Source: an uncultured Gammaproteobacteria bacterium
GTDB taxonomy: Bacteria; Patescibacteriota; Patescibacteriia; JAHIZJ01
Length of the DNA stretch: 64,000 nucleotides
Reading direction: 5' to 3'
NCBI GenBank assembly: GCA_964371245.1
Contig: CAYJKP010000001.1
Coordinates: 507,042 to 571,041, forward strand
In this document: positions 20,134 to 30,052 of the stretch, one piece after another
Layout: every line of letters starts with the position of its first letter
Numbering within the stretch: the first letter of the stretch is position 1
Made by a program: the position numbers and the translations under genes
Notes under the pieces: generated by a model
What the model was told of the DNA's origin: nothing
What the model saw: only the letters and a program-made list of their open reading frames with translations
The model's database searches: none

Positions 20134-21600
20134 TTAGGCGAACACCTCGTTTGTGTTGAAGGCCTGCTCGCAGTAGTGGCACTGGACGACTGGCGCGTCC
20201 CTGAATACGCGGAACCGGGGAAAACGAGCCGCCTGCGGATCGAGCCTGGTGATGCAGTTAGAGTTGGGGCAGCGTCCGACCGTGATCATCTCAGCATGCT
20301 GGACGCGCTGCTTGTGGAACTGGCCCTCGCGGAAGACGTTGAAAGTCGCATCCGGTGCGAGGACCCAGACGGCGGCCATTTGTTCAGGCTCGAGGTAACG
20401 GTGCGCCAGGACCAGCGTGTCTTTCCGCCCGCCGGCCACTCGGTGAGATTCGATCCCCTCGGTCAGAACCACGACTCCGTCCTGTTTCTGGCAGATGGAC
20501 TTGAGGACCGAACGGACCATCGATCCGACGCCGAACGGCAAATGATCGATGACCGTACCGTCAGAAATCCTCAGGAAATACCGTTCACGTTCCGCTTTCC
20601 TTTGAATCGCGTCGGCGATGGAACCACGGACTACCCCATCGATCAACGGGGCCGGTACGCTGATGTCGGTAACCTCGTCCAGGCTATTCAGCGAGTGGAG
20701 TAAAGCCGCCATGCGCGCTGGCACCCCCAGCCGCGCCTCCTCATCCATGATCACCTGCGGATGCATCCAGATCTCTGGATGGACTTCACCATCAGCGACT
20801 GGCTGTGGGTGCATAATCAGCACCTTGGGTCCAAGCATCTCAAGTACCGATGCGTTTACGACATAGCGTCCACGGACGCGGTCGTAATCGATCTGGCTGC
20901 CGAAACGTTCCCGCTGTACGCGCGTCACGTAGACGATGTCGCAGCCACGCAACGCCTCGATCGAGTCAGACACGATGACCCCAGGGTGGCCGTTAAGATA
21001 CCAGGGCTGAAGCGCGACCTCAGGCGAAGAAACGAGAACAATCCTGATGTCCGGGAACAACCAGAGCGCCTGGATGAGCGAGTGGATTGTCCGGCTGTTT
21101 TTCAGGTCACCGAGAAAACCGATGCTGAAATCCGACAGCCGGCCGAGCTTCCGCTTGATGGTCAGTAGATCGAGCAGCGCTTGGCTGGGATGCTGGTTGA
21201 TGCCGTCGCCGGCGTTATGCACGGCCGTGCGTAACCCATACCGACGATACATCTCGGCCAACCAGCGGGCCGAACCCTCAACCGGCATTCTCATGACGAG
21301 AACGCCAGCGTTGTAGCCCGATTCCATCCGCCCGAATGCCGACAGCGCCTCGCCTTTTGTCAGCGAGGTGCCCTCTTTGCCACTGATCGTCTTGTGCCTG
21401 AGCCGCAGCAACTGGGCCGCTTCGTCATACGAGTCGCATGTTCTCGTACTCGGTTCAGCGAAGAACAGCACCGCCTTCCGTCCGTCTCGCTGAGCCTGAG
21501 GTTTTCCGGAGAGCGCCGTGACGTCGCACGTTTCGGCTTCACTAAGAATCTGCTCGAGCCATTCGCGCGAAAAATCTGCCGCGCTGATCAGGTGTTTCAT
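20134..21600 (-). CDS. pyrBI: fused aspartate carbamoyltransferase catalytic plus regulatory chains (PyrB-PyrI)
   Basis: EPSTRT, HPSQALLD, GDLKNSRTIHS, TRVQRER; C-terminal GTVIDHL and CPNSNCIT..CHYCE zinc motif. Confidence 0.92.
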   Translation of the reverse strand: MKHLISAADFSREWLEQILSEAETCDVTALSGKPQAQRDGRKAVLFFAEPSTRTCDSYDEAAQLLRLRHKTISGKEGTSLTKGEALSAFGRMESGYNAGVLVMRMPVEGSARWLAEMYRRYGLRTAVHNAGDGINQHPSQALLDLLTIKRKLGRLSDFSIGFLGDLKNSRTIHSLIQALWLFPDIRIVLVSSPEVALQPWYLNGHPGVIVSDSIEALRGCDIVYVTRVQRERFGSQIDYDRVRGRYVVNASVLEMLGPKVLIMHPQPVADGEVHPEIWMHPQVIMDEEARLGVPARMAALLHSLNSLDEVTDISVPAPLIDGVVRGSIADAIQRKAERERYFLRISDGTVIDHLPFGVGSMVRSVLKSICQKQDGVVVLTEGIESHRVAGGRKDTLVLAHRYLEPEQMAAVWVLAPDATFNVFREGQFHKQRVQHAEMITVGRCPNSNCITRLDPQAARFPRFRVFRDAPVVQCHYCEQAFNTNEVFA

Positions 21601-21667
21601 CCGTGTCTTCCCCCTTCCGTGATACTGTGTTTCGTGATGAAAAGATCAGGCTCGTCAGTCGACGGTC

Positions 21668-21693
21668 AAAAAAAATACCCCCGTATCGGGGGC
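21668..21693 (-). terminator. intrinsic terminator / candidate attenuator upstream of pyrBI
   Basis: Minus strand GCCCCCG-ATA-CGGGGGT-A-TTTTTTTT. Confidence 0.75.
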
Positions 21694-21809
21694 TTTTTCA
21701 CACCGTTCTGACTCCTCCTGGCGAGTTGTTTGGTCGTTTATTCACCATATCGAAGACAACGTACCATCTGCAACACCAGGCTGTCAAACTGCAGTTATCC
21801 ACATAACCA

Positions 21810-22049
21810 CTAGGCTGCTTTTCTGACTTCCGGTTTTTCGCCCTTCGCACCATCGTCTGTTTCTTCATCGAGTGGTATTTCATAGCTTCCGTCCGTTTTT
21901 TGACGGAGCCCTTCTTCCGCAAGCCTCTTTTTATGCAGCCGCCGGTTGGCCCGATCAAGCTTCGCCTTATCGATCGGCGTCGGATCGCTGGCACTCTCCG
22001 AAAATTGGCCGAGTTTATATTTTTCTAAACCATCTCCTCGTTCGCTCAT
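21810..22049 (-). CDS. small charged hypothetical protein
   Basis: ATG lies 1 nt after the gatB stop; no recognisable motif. Confidence 0.5.
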   Translation of the reverse strand: MSERGDGLEKYKLGQFSESASDPTPIDKAKLDRANRRLHKKRLAEEGLRQKTDGSYEIPLDEETDDGAKGEKPEVRKAA

Positions 22050-22050
22050 A

Positions 22051-23562
22051 TTATCTCAATTTATGGACTAGCATGTCATTAACGATTGCCGGATTCGCTC
22101 GACCGCGCGTTTCCTTCATGACTAAACCAATTAAGAATTGAAGCGTTTCGATCTTCCCTTTTCTATATTGTTCAACCGGTTTTGGATTTTCCGTGATGAC
22201 CTTGTCGATCGCCAGCTCAAGATCCTGAAGCGTGCCCAGCTGCTTGAGATCCTTCTCAACCACGATTTCCGAGGGGTCGCGGCCGGTCTCAAACATTTCT
22301 TTCAAAACTTCCTGCGCGCCGCGTGAGCCGATCTCGCCGCTGTAAATAAGCTTAATAAATTCAGCAAAGTTTTCAGCCGTTATTTTTATATCACCAAAAG
22401 ATCCTTTCGCGTCAATCACGAGCTTCGAGAGTTTATTGATCAACCAGCCAGCCGCTAATCGGATAATTTCTTGCCGGTTTTCCAAAAATTCGCGGCCGCG
22501 TTCCTTCGGTTTCTCGGCCACGAACCAGGCCTTTAATTCTGACACGACCGCTTCAAAATAATCGGCCAATTCTTTGTTTGAAATGACGTATTCGGTGTCA
22601 GCATCGGTTAATTTGAAATGCTCTTTGTACCGGGCATACCGTTGAGCCGGCAATTCCGGCATTTCTGACTGGATAACCTCGATATCTCTTGCTAACTCCA
22701 GCGGCGGGATGTCCGGTTCTGGAAAATACCGGTAATCCGATTCTTCTTCTTTGCCACGCTGTTCAATCGTCACGCCGTCTTTATCGTTCCAGCCTCGCGT
22801 CGTTTGATGATCGGGCGGCTGGCCTTCCTGCCAGAGCGCGGTTTGTCGTTTTTGTTCATAGATTAAGGCCTTTTCGACAGCCTTGAACGAATTCAAATTC
22901 TTTATTTCCGTTTTCGGATAAAATTTCAGGTCGCCGTTCGGTCGGAGCGAGATGTTCGCGTCGCAGCGCAAATGGCCCTTTTCCATATCGGCCCCGGAGA
23001 TATCGAGATAGCGCATGAGCAAGCGCAGTTCTTGAAGGAAAACGCGCGCCACTGTCGGGGTTCGAAAATCCGGCCGCGTAACGATCTCCAATAACGGCGT
23101 TCCGGAACGGTTAAAATCCACCAGGCTGTATTTCAAGCCCGGGGGATGCACCAGCTTGGCCGAATCTTCTTCGAGGTGGACCCGTTCAATACCGATGGTC
23201 GTTTCCTGCCCGTCAATCTTCATCGTATAGACGCCGTTGCTGGCAAGCGGTACGTCGTATTGCGAGATCTGATACCCTTTTGGGAGATCCGGATAGAAAT
23301 AGTTCTTTCGGTCAAACTTCGTCTGTTTCGCCACTTGGCAATTCAGAGCCAAGGCGGCCTTGATGCCCCAGCGCACGGCCGCATCGTTGACCACCGGCAA
23401 TGTTCCTGGCTGGCCGGTACAGATCGAGCAAATGGTCGAGTTCGGCGGCTGATCCTCGCCGGTATTATCGCAACGGCAAAACATCTTGCTTTTCGTTTTA
23501 AGCTGCACGTGTATTTCCAAACCGATGATCGTTTCAAGCTCAAGCGCTATTTTTTTTGCCAT
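22051..23562 (-). CDS. gatB: Asp/Glu-tRNA amidotransferase subunit B
   Basis: IGLEIHVQL, FDRKNYFYPDLPKGYQISQ, DYRYFPEPD. Confidence 0.99.
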   Translation of the reverse strand: MAKKIALELETIIGLEIHVQLKTKSKMFCRCDNTGEDQPPNSTICSICTGQPGTLPVVNDAAVRWGIKAALALNCQVAKQTKFDRKNYFYPDLPKGYQISQYDVPLASNGVYTMKIDGQETTIGIERVHLEEDSAKLVHPPGLKYSLVDFNRSGTPLLEIVTRPDFRTPTVARVFLQELRLLMRYLDISGADMEKGHLRCDANISLRPNGDLKFYPKTEIKNLNSFKAVEKALIYEQKRQTALWQEGQPPDHQTTRGWNDKDGVTIEQRGKEEESDYRYFPEPDIPPLELARDIEVIQSEMPELPAQRYARYKEHFKLTDADTEYVISNKELADYFEAVVSELKAWFVAEKPKERGREFLENRQEIIRLAAGWLINKLSKLVIDAKGSFGDIKITAENFAEFIKLIYSGEIGSRGAQEVLKEMFETGRDPSEIVVEKDLKQLGTLQDLELAIDKVITENPKPVEQYRKGKIETLQFLIGLVMKETRGRANPAIVNDMLVHKLR

Positions 23563-24164
23563 ATATCCTTGCCGCGTAGAAATTGTGAAACGATTTCGAG
23601 CACGTCTTCATGGACTTTATTTACGGTTTGATTGGCATTCACTATTTTCCAGCCGTACATTTCACCTAATTTCTGATGCCACTTGCGACAGCGAGCCATG
23701 AGGATATCATCAGTCTCGTGAAGATGATTTTTTTCTTTGCCGTTGGGAAAACGCTCGCCGTCAAATAGAATCGACAAGTCTTCCTTGATCAGCGGGGCGT
23801 TGATTTCAACCAGCCAATCGAGATTAGCGCCCTTGGTCGCGCCCCAGGCCAGCCCGGTGCCCGTATAGTCTTCAGCGACCACGATCTTACCGGCTTGCAG
23901 CTTCTTCTTCAAGGTCTGCTCATACTGAAATCTATTGACCGTGTACCACATCTGAAATTCTTCCTCGCAAATTGGCTGCTCGCTTGTTCGCCGCAAGATA
24001 TAGTTAATATACTCGCCCGATGGTTTCTGCCGATAGACCGGGTATTTCACGTATTCGGCCGGCCAATTGTTGCGCGTCAGAAAATCAACCAGACGCTTGG
24101 CTTGGGTGGTTTTGCCGAGATTATTTATTCCGTAAAACGTTATAAGATAACCGTGGCGTTTCAT
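23547..24164 (-). CDS. tmk: thymidylate kinase
   Basis: GINNLGKTTQ P-loop, KYP, NRFQ and EDY, variants of the Tmk motifs. Confidence 0.8.
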   Translation of the reverse strand: MKRHGYLITFYGINNLGKTTQAKRLVDFLTRNNWPAEYVKYPVYRQKPSGEYINYILRRTSEQPICEEEFQMWYTVNRFQYEQTLKKKLQAGKIVVAEDYTGTGLAWGATKGANLDWLVEINAPLIKEDLSILFDGERFPNGKEKNHLHETDDILMARCRKWHQKLGEMYGWKIVNANQTVNKVHEDVLEIVSQFLRGKDIWQKK

Positions 24165-24229
24165 GACATTATTGTATCATTTAATAGAAAATAAAAAAAG
24201 AGCGCATAGCTCTATTTTTTTACCTGTCT

Positions 24230-24664
24230 TTAGCGAAGAAAAAAGTACCAAATCAACGCAGTGATGCCAATAAATATGGGATAATGCACTGGCAGGGCAA
24301 ACCGACCGACCCGAAACCAGGGATACCACCACACTTTTTCAGGACGAAAATCCCTGAATGGAAATACCGGATTAATGACAAACCAGAGAAAATCTTCGAC
24401 CAATACGCCGACGCAATACGCACACGCGAGCGTGGCCATCATTTTTCCGCTATATCCGTACGCAATCAAAGGCAACAACGTAAACATGGGCAAGGTTACC
24501 ACGAAGAGCATGAAGTGATAGCCGGTTAGGCGCAACCCAAATATTCGCCAAACCCAACCAACCTGTTTCTCGGCTCCGCCGTGCCGGCCCTCGCTGTATG
24601 CCTCCCAGAACGAGATCGAGGCAAAGCCGATAATTATCCAGAAAAAAGTCAGGGTGTAGTTCAT
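24230..24664 (-). CDS. hypothetical membrane protein
   Basis: Four hydrophobic segments, EDFLWFVINP motif; extended -10 directly before the ATG. Confidence 0.75.
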   Translation of the reverse strand: MNYTLTFFWIIIGFASISFWEAYSEGRHGGAEKQVGWVWRIFGLRLTGYHFMLFVVTLPMFTLLPLIAYGYSGKMMATLACAYCVGVLVEDFLWFVINPVFPFRDFRPEKVWWYPWFRVGRFALPVHYPIFIGITALIWYFFLR

Positions 24665-24795
24665 GTCTCCATTATAGCAAAAATAAAATGACTTTCACAC
24701 CCTCCGAGAAAATCATTTTCAGGTCAGGCAGTATTATTGACAGATATGGAGATTATAGTATACTGAAAAGAGTTCAAAATTAATTGTTTTTCTCA

Positions 24796-26295
24796 ATGAT
24801 GAAGAGAAAAATTTTCGTTTTTGGGGCAGTGATCGTCACCGGCCTCTTTTGTGTTGGCCAACGCGCGCAGGCTGTAACTACTGTTGATGCGACACGAACG
24901 CGGATCGATCGCGCCACGATCACCAAAGGCTTCACTGTTATCCATGAAAACGCTCTACGGTTCGCGATCACGCCGAATCAGGTCGACCAGCCAGTCAGGG
25001 TCGTACTCAAAGACGACACCATACGGAATACGCCGCTCCCAAGCGGCAAACGCGCCATCAGCGATTTCTACTCTTTTGATATGCGCGGTTTGGAATCAAA
25101 TCCGATAATCGTACAAAGGCCGTCATGGGTGGCCCTGCGCTACACCACTGACCAGCCGCAAGCTGCCAGGGCATTGTACAACTGGGATGACAACGCCCAA
25201 GCCTGGGTCCGGATGCAGTCGTATGATGTACCCGAGGCAAACGAAATTCGCGCCATTACTCACCTGCCCTACTCCCGAATTGTCGTACTTGAGGACGATA
25301 ATACGTTCATCGGCGCAGCCAGCTGGCTTCATTGGTCAAAAACTATGGCAGCCGCCTCGCGCGACTTCCCCTACGGCACAAGATTATCCGTCACGAACCT
25401 GGAGAATAATTCATCAATCACCGTAACCGTCTATTCCTACGGTCCGTCCCGGTTTGATCGCATCGTCGATCTCTCATCCGATGCTTTTGAAAAATTATAC
25501 CCGCTCTCGGAAGGCACCATCGAACGCGTCAAGGTTGAGCCGTATGTAGAAAAACCGGCCGCCCCAAATATTTCATCGCCCGCCGGTATTGTCATTAACG
25601 CCGACACGGGAACGATCCTGTGGGACAAGAACCTAAATGACGTCCGTTCTATTGCCAGCTTGACCAAATTGATGACTGGACTCGTTTTTCTCGATACAAA
25701 AACACCTTTTGATAAAGTCGTGACAATACCGTCTGCTGATAATGTTGAAGGCGGTAAGTTGTACGTTAGTCCGGCGGAAACATTGACCACGCGCGATTTA
25801 TTCTATTCCATGCTGGTCGGTTCAGCGAATAACGCCGCGCTGGCACTCGCCCGCTCAACCGGTTTATCGCGTGAGGAATTCGTCAGCCGCATGAACGCCA
25901 AGGCAAAGGCGCTGGGTTTGACGAAAACGCATTTTGTCGAACCGTCAGGCCTCGACGTCGGTAACACGTCGACGGCCGCCGAATACGCCATCTTGTCCCG
26001 AGCCGCGCTCAAAGACTTCACTATGCTCCAGGGCACAACCACAAAAGTCTATACCTTCACAACAATCAATACGAATAAGTTTCACAGCATCAAATCAACG
26101 AACGAGCTGTTGAACACCGATTTATACGTCACTGGCGGTAAAACCGGCTTTCTCAATGAATCGCTCTATTGCTTGATGACAAAAATCCGCTCGAAAAACA
26201 ACACCCAATACCTCGCCGTAGTGCTGGGCGCGCCCGATTCGGCCACGCGTTTTCATGAGACAGAAGCCCTGCTCCGTTGGGCCGCGAGTCTTTAA
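24796..26295 (+). CDS. secreted D-Ala-D-Ala carboxypeptidase (S11) fused to an RlpA-like DPBB domain
   Basis: Signal peptide; ASW..AAASRDFPYGTRLSVTN..GP..RIVDLS; then SLTK, SAN and KTG motifs. Confidence 0.85.
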   Translation: MMKRKIFVFGAVIVTGLFCVGQRAQAVTTVDATRTRIDRATITKGFTVIHENALRFAITPNQVDQPVRVVLKDDTIRNTPLPSGKRAISDFYSFDMRGLESNPIIVQRPSWVALRYTTDQPQAARALYNWDDNAQAWVRMQSYDVPEANEIRAITHLPYSRIVVLEDDNTFIGAASWLHWSKTMAAASRDFPYGTRLSVTNLENNSSITVTVYSYGPSRFDRIVDLSSDAFEKLYPLSEGTIERVKVEPYVEKPAAPNISSPAGIVINADTGTILWDKNLNDVRSIASLTKLMTGLVFLDTKTPFDKVVTIPSADNVEGGKLYVSPAETLTTRDLFYSMLVGSANNAALALARSTGLSREEFVSRMNAKAKALGLTKTHFVEPSGLDVGNTSTAAEYAILSRAALKDFTMLQGTTTKVYTFTTINTNKFHSIKSTNELLNTDLYVTGGKTGFLNESLYCLMTKIRSKNNTQYLAVVLGAPDSATRFHETEALLRWAASL

Positions 26296-26326
26296 CCACC
26301 ATCGTCAAACATTATTAACGGCCGCT

Positions 26327-28273
26327 ATGCGCAAACCTGCCGTTTTTCCCCTGATCGTTCTGGCCGCCGGACTGATCGCGTCGGTACTCTGGTATGCCCG
26401 CTCACTTCAAGTGGGCTTCTTAGCTGACGACTACGACTTTCTCGAACACGTCGCGATTGCTGAAACGCAACCGCACCCGGTTTGGTCATTGGCGCGGACC
26501 TCGATCGGCGGCGCTTCTTTTTTTCGGCCGATTATCAATCTGTCGTTTTGGTCGGATTATCAACTGTATCAGTATCAGGCAACCGGTTTTCATCTCTCGA
26601 ATATCCTTCTCTTCGGCTTGTCCGTCGGCCTGACCGTCCTCTTGGTGGAAAAACTGACGCGACATAAGCCGACCGCCATTGCCGCCGGACTGATATTTCT
26701 CATCAATCCCTTTGCTTCGGAAAGCGTCACCTGGATCGCCGGCCGAACCGACCTCTGGATGCTCGCCGGTTTGGTTTTTACCCTCTATGCCTTTTCGCGC
26801 TATCGCTCCAAACCGTCGCTGGTCTGGTTTTTATTGTTTCTCTTGGGAAGCCTCGGCGCGTTATTCAGCAAAGAAAACGGCATCGTTTTTTTGCCGTTGA
26901 TTATTATTATCGACCTTTTTTTCTATCAGGCGTGGTCGACTTTTTGCCAGAACCTGAAGAACTGGCGCGCCCTGGTCAGATTTATCTTGCCGTATGCCGG
27001 CGCCATTATTTGCTTAGGACTATTTTTCCTGCTGCGCCGCCACATTTTGGGATTTTTACTGGCCAATACAAATTCATTTGGCAATTCATACTTCACCTAT
27101 CCGGCCCTCGCCGACCTTTGGTCGCTCGCCCAGTACCTCTCAGTCAAGATTCTCTCAACCATCGGGTATTCCTGGCTCGGCATTTCGAAAAAGCTGTTTC
27201 TCGGTTTATACGCGGCCGGACTGATTTCCGCTATTATTGTTTTTATCCGACTATTTGCCCGGAATAATCGCATGTTTATTCGGCGGGTGATTTTTGGAAT
27301 TGTTTGTACGCTCATCCTCGCGCTTCCAATATCGGGATTTTTCTCGTTTGTCGGCCCAGACCATAGCAATGTCAGGTTTCTCTATGTACCAATGACCGGA
27401 ATCGCAATCACCTTGGGCGTCTTATTCGGATCGTTGAGGCAACGATTTTGGCGGATCATATCGATGATCGGCTTTTTTGTAATATTCATCGTCTGGTCCA
27501 TCGGCTCGTGGCAGGGCCAGACGCGCTATGTGCTCGCACACACTGAAATGGAAAAAGTCTTTACCTCTTTTAACCAGCAGGTACGACCGGCGCTGGCTAC
27601 CCAAACGCAACCAGGCCTATTGTTGGCCAATTTGCCCGGCACTCGCGACGGCGTCCGCATCACCCCGGCGAACATTGATTTCGCGCTTGGCCTCCGTTTT
27701 CCCGAAACAAAGAAAGCGGTCATCCAAATGTACGGCATCGTGCCTATCCCGGATTCGCTGCTCTGCCAGCTGTCACCTGGTTCTCGCCAGGCAACCTCGG
27801 TTTTTTCATATGTCTGGAAAAACGAGGCATTCGCGACCGCAGATGTGCCGGGCCGTTTTCTGGCCAAACCAAAAAACAACGGGGTTTTGCTTAGCCCGCT
27901 GAAAACCGGCGTGGCTGATACCGCCTTTCCTTTTGTTATCCTCACTGGGTATAGACTAACCTGGCAGAATACCGACACCCCCTTTGAAACGAATGGTTTA
28001 CATCAACTGGTCATACCGATTGAATCAGTCAGCGGGAAGCTTTCTGCCGGCCAGCCGCATATTCGATTTGGTTTTAGCGAGACAACGCAAATCCAGAGCG
28101 ATGACATCATCGCCGTCCCGATCACTCAGGCCATGCTCGACCAAGGAGCGATCACGCTCGACCTCTGCCAATACCCCCGTTTCTATCAATTTCCTAGCCA
28201 TCGCGCTTTTTCCTGGGAATGGCGCAACCTGGGCAATCTGTCTCTCACCATTGATGCGCCGCGTTTTGAATAA
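26327..28273 (+). CDS. multi-pass membrane protein, GT-C-type glycosyltransferase-like
   Basis: ADDY, FFRP, ESVTWIAGR, SKE and RFLY motifs; many TM segments. Confidence 0.75.
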   Translation: MRKPAVFPLIVLAAGLIASVLWYARSLQVGFLADDYDFLEHVAIAETQPHPVWSLARTSIGGASFFRPIINLSFWSDYQLYQYQATGFHLSNILLFGLSVGLTVLLVEKLTRHKPTAIAAGLIFLINPFASESVTWIAGRTDLWMLAGLVFTLYAFSRYRSKPSLVWFLLFLLGSLGALFSKENGIVFLPLIIIIDLFFYQAWSTFCQNLKNWRALVRFILPYAGAIICLGLFFLLRRHILGFLLANTNSFGNSYFTYPALADLWSLAQYLSVKILSTIGYSWLGISKKLFLGLYAAGLISAIIVFIRLFARNNRMFIRRVIFGIVCTLILALPISGFFSFVGPDHSNVRFLYVPMTGIAITLGVLFGSLRQRFWRIISMIGFFVIFIVWSIGSWQGQTRYVLAHTEMEKVFTSFNQQVRPALATQTQPGLLLANLPGTRDGVRITPANIDFALGLRFPETKKAVIQMYGIVPIPDSLLCQLSPGSRQATSVFSYVWKNEAFATADVPGRFLAKPKNNGVLLSPLKTGVADTAFPFVILTGYRLTWQNTDTPFETNGLHQLVIPIESVSGKLSAGQPHIRFGFSETTQIQSDDIIAVPITQAMLDQGAITLDLCQYPRFYQFPSHRAFSWEWRNLGNLSLTIDAPRFE

Positions 28274-28282
28274 ACAACTTTT

Positions 28283-29935
28283 ATGATCACCCGGACCACA
28301 CTCAAAAACCATCTCATTCTGATCATCCTTTGTGGTATTATCCTAGCGGCGATAGTGACGAATGTCATCTGGATTTTGCGGGATCAAAGTCCGCCGCTGT
28401 GGGATATCGCCGCCCACTCGGCCCGGGCTGTCGACGTCGGCCACTTCATCAAAGAATTCCACCCACGGCTGATTTTCAATTACAATACGAACTATCCGCC
28501 CGTGTCATATCTTGTGACCGGAACCGCGTTTTTGTTTTTCGGCTACCACGATAAAATACCGCAACTCTCCCTGTTGCTGTACCTGCCCTTGTTGATGCTC
28601 AGCGTCTACGGTTTAGGTCGGAAAATATTTCATAATAATACGGCGGCGCTATTTGCAACGTTTTTAGCGATTACCTATCCGTTGTTGACCCATTTTTCGA
28701 GAATTTACGACCTGGATTTTCAGTTAACGGCCTTTGTCGCCAGCACAATATATTGTCTTGTAAAAACGCGCGGGTTTACTGATTGGAAATGGACCGTGCT
28801 CTTTGGCCTATCGTTCAGCTTGGGCTTGCTTACAAAGTGGACATTTGTTGTTTTTCTAATCGGTCCGGTCATCGCCGTTTTCATAACGGAAAAAGTCTAT
28901 CAAAAAAGTCGCCGAAAAAATGCCTGGAAACCGGCTTTGATCACTCTCGCGCTGATCGCCGCGCTGACCGTTCCCTGGTATCTGAAGCATGGCCGTGGCA
29001 TTTTGGCCTCCTCGGAAGCCACTCGATATAACGTTTTCTCTGTCCCATTCGAAAATATTTATAGCCTGGGTAACATCTTCTACTATCCGAATAAAATTAT
29101 TACCGGCCTCTCCTGGCCACTGGCAGCGATCGCTGGCCTGGGACTTATCGTCTTGATCGCCCGCCGTTGGAAAAAAGAACACTGGCTGTTGCTTTCCTGG
29201 ATCATTGTCCCGTACGCCATTATGACCTTCTACTTTTTGTCGAAAGAAACTCGTTACCTTCTGCCGCTCTATCCCGCCCTGGCCTTGGCGTCAGCGAGCG
29301 TCGTGGCGTACGTTAAGGCGAGGTGGATGAAGGCATCAATTATGACGTCTGGGGTTATTGTGGCGATGTTTTTCTGGCTGGCTTCAGCCTGGAACATTAA
29401 TCTTCTGCCCTGGGATGTCAATAAACAATTAGGCTTTTTCAAGGTCTACGGCTTATTTGATCCGTCGACCCAAGAAGTCGGCTATGGCTTTACGTACCCG
29501 ACGCAATATCAGACAAATATCCGCGAAATTCCGCAAGCGATCGCTGATGATGTTAAAATCCGCGGCCTCAGCGACACACAACAAAGAATCGCCGTCGTGC
29601 CGAACAGCATCTTCTTGACCGCCGCCGAAATCCAATATTACGGCAATCTTATCGGACTGAATGCCGACTACCGGCTCAGCTCGCTCATCCGTTCAAAGGA
29701 TTACCAAACATTTCTCGACCAGGCAGACTATATTCTAACCAAGACTGGGGATCAAGGACCAAAGGTGTGGGCGCCGTCTGTTTTAACGGACATTCAAAAA
29801 GCGGCTGACTCTTCATCAAGCGAGGTCTTCAAAAATTTTGAGGTAATAAAAACGTGGCGTGTTTCAGGTATTGAGGCGCGACCGCAAGAAGTCCGCCTCT
29901 ACCGACACAAAACCGGTTGTAACTGCAATAAATAA
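28283..29935 (+). CDS. ArnT/PMT-like (GT-C) membrane glycosyltransferase
   Basis: PLWD..H, YPP, LLTKWT, PWY and RYLLP motifs; many TM segments. Confidence 0.8.
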   Translation: MITRTTLKNHLILIILCGIILAAIVTNVIWILRDQSPPLWDIAAHSARAVDVGHFIKEFHPRLIFNYNTNYPPVSYLVTGTAFLFFGYHDKIPQLSLLLYLPLLMLSVYGLGRKIFHNNTAALFATFLAITYPLLTHFSRIYDLDFQLTAFVASTIYCLVKTRGFTDWKWTVLFGLSFSLGLLTKWTFVVFLIGPVIAVFITEKVYQKSRRKNAWKPALITLALIAALTVPWYLKHGRGILASSEATRYNVFSVPFENIYSLGNIFYYPNKIITGLSWPLAAIAGLGLIVLIARRWKKEHWLLLSWIIVPYAIMTFYFLSKETRYLLPLYPALALASASVVAYVKARWMKASIMTSGVIVAMFFWLASAWNINLLPWDVNKQLGFFKVYGLFDPSTQEVGYGFTYPTQYQTNIREIPQAIADDVKIRGLSDTQQRIAVVPNSIFLTAAEIQYYGNLIGLNADYRLSSLIRSKDYQTFLDQADYILTKTGDQGPKVWAPSVLTDIQKAADSSSSEVFKNFEVIKTWRVSGIEARPQEVRLYRHKTGCNCNK

Positions 29936-30052
29936 TTGCGACGTTTTACAACCGTAGGTGGTTGTTTTTTTATACAAAAAAAGTGCCCGCAGATTGACTG
30001 CCAGGCACGCGCACGAAAGACGGAACAGTTGCGTTGATCAGGCCGAAACAGC

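Noticed and set aside
20032-20703. 223-aa plus-strand ORF and other long antisense ORFs (40608-41252, 40813-41412, 48368-48985, 57824-58390)
   Set aside because: Shadows of well-supported genes on the opposite strand, with no motifs or start signals.
21795-21803. Replication origin at the DnaA box
   Set aside because: A single box only, with no cluster or dnaA/dnaN nearby.
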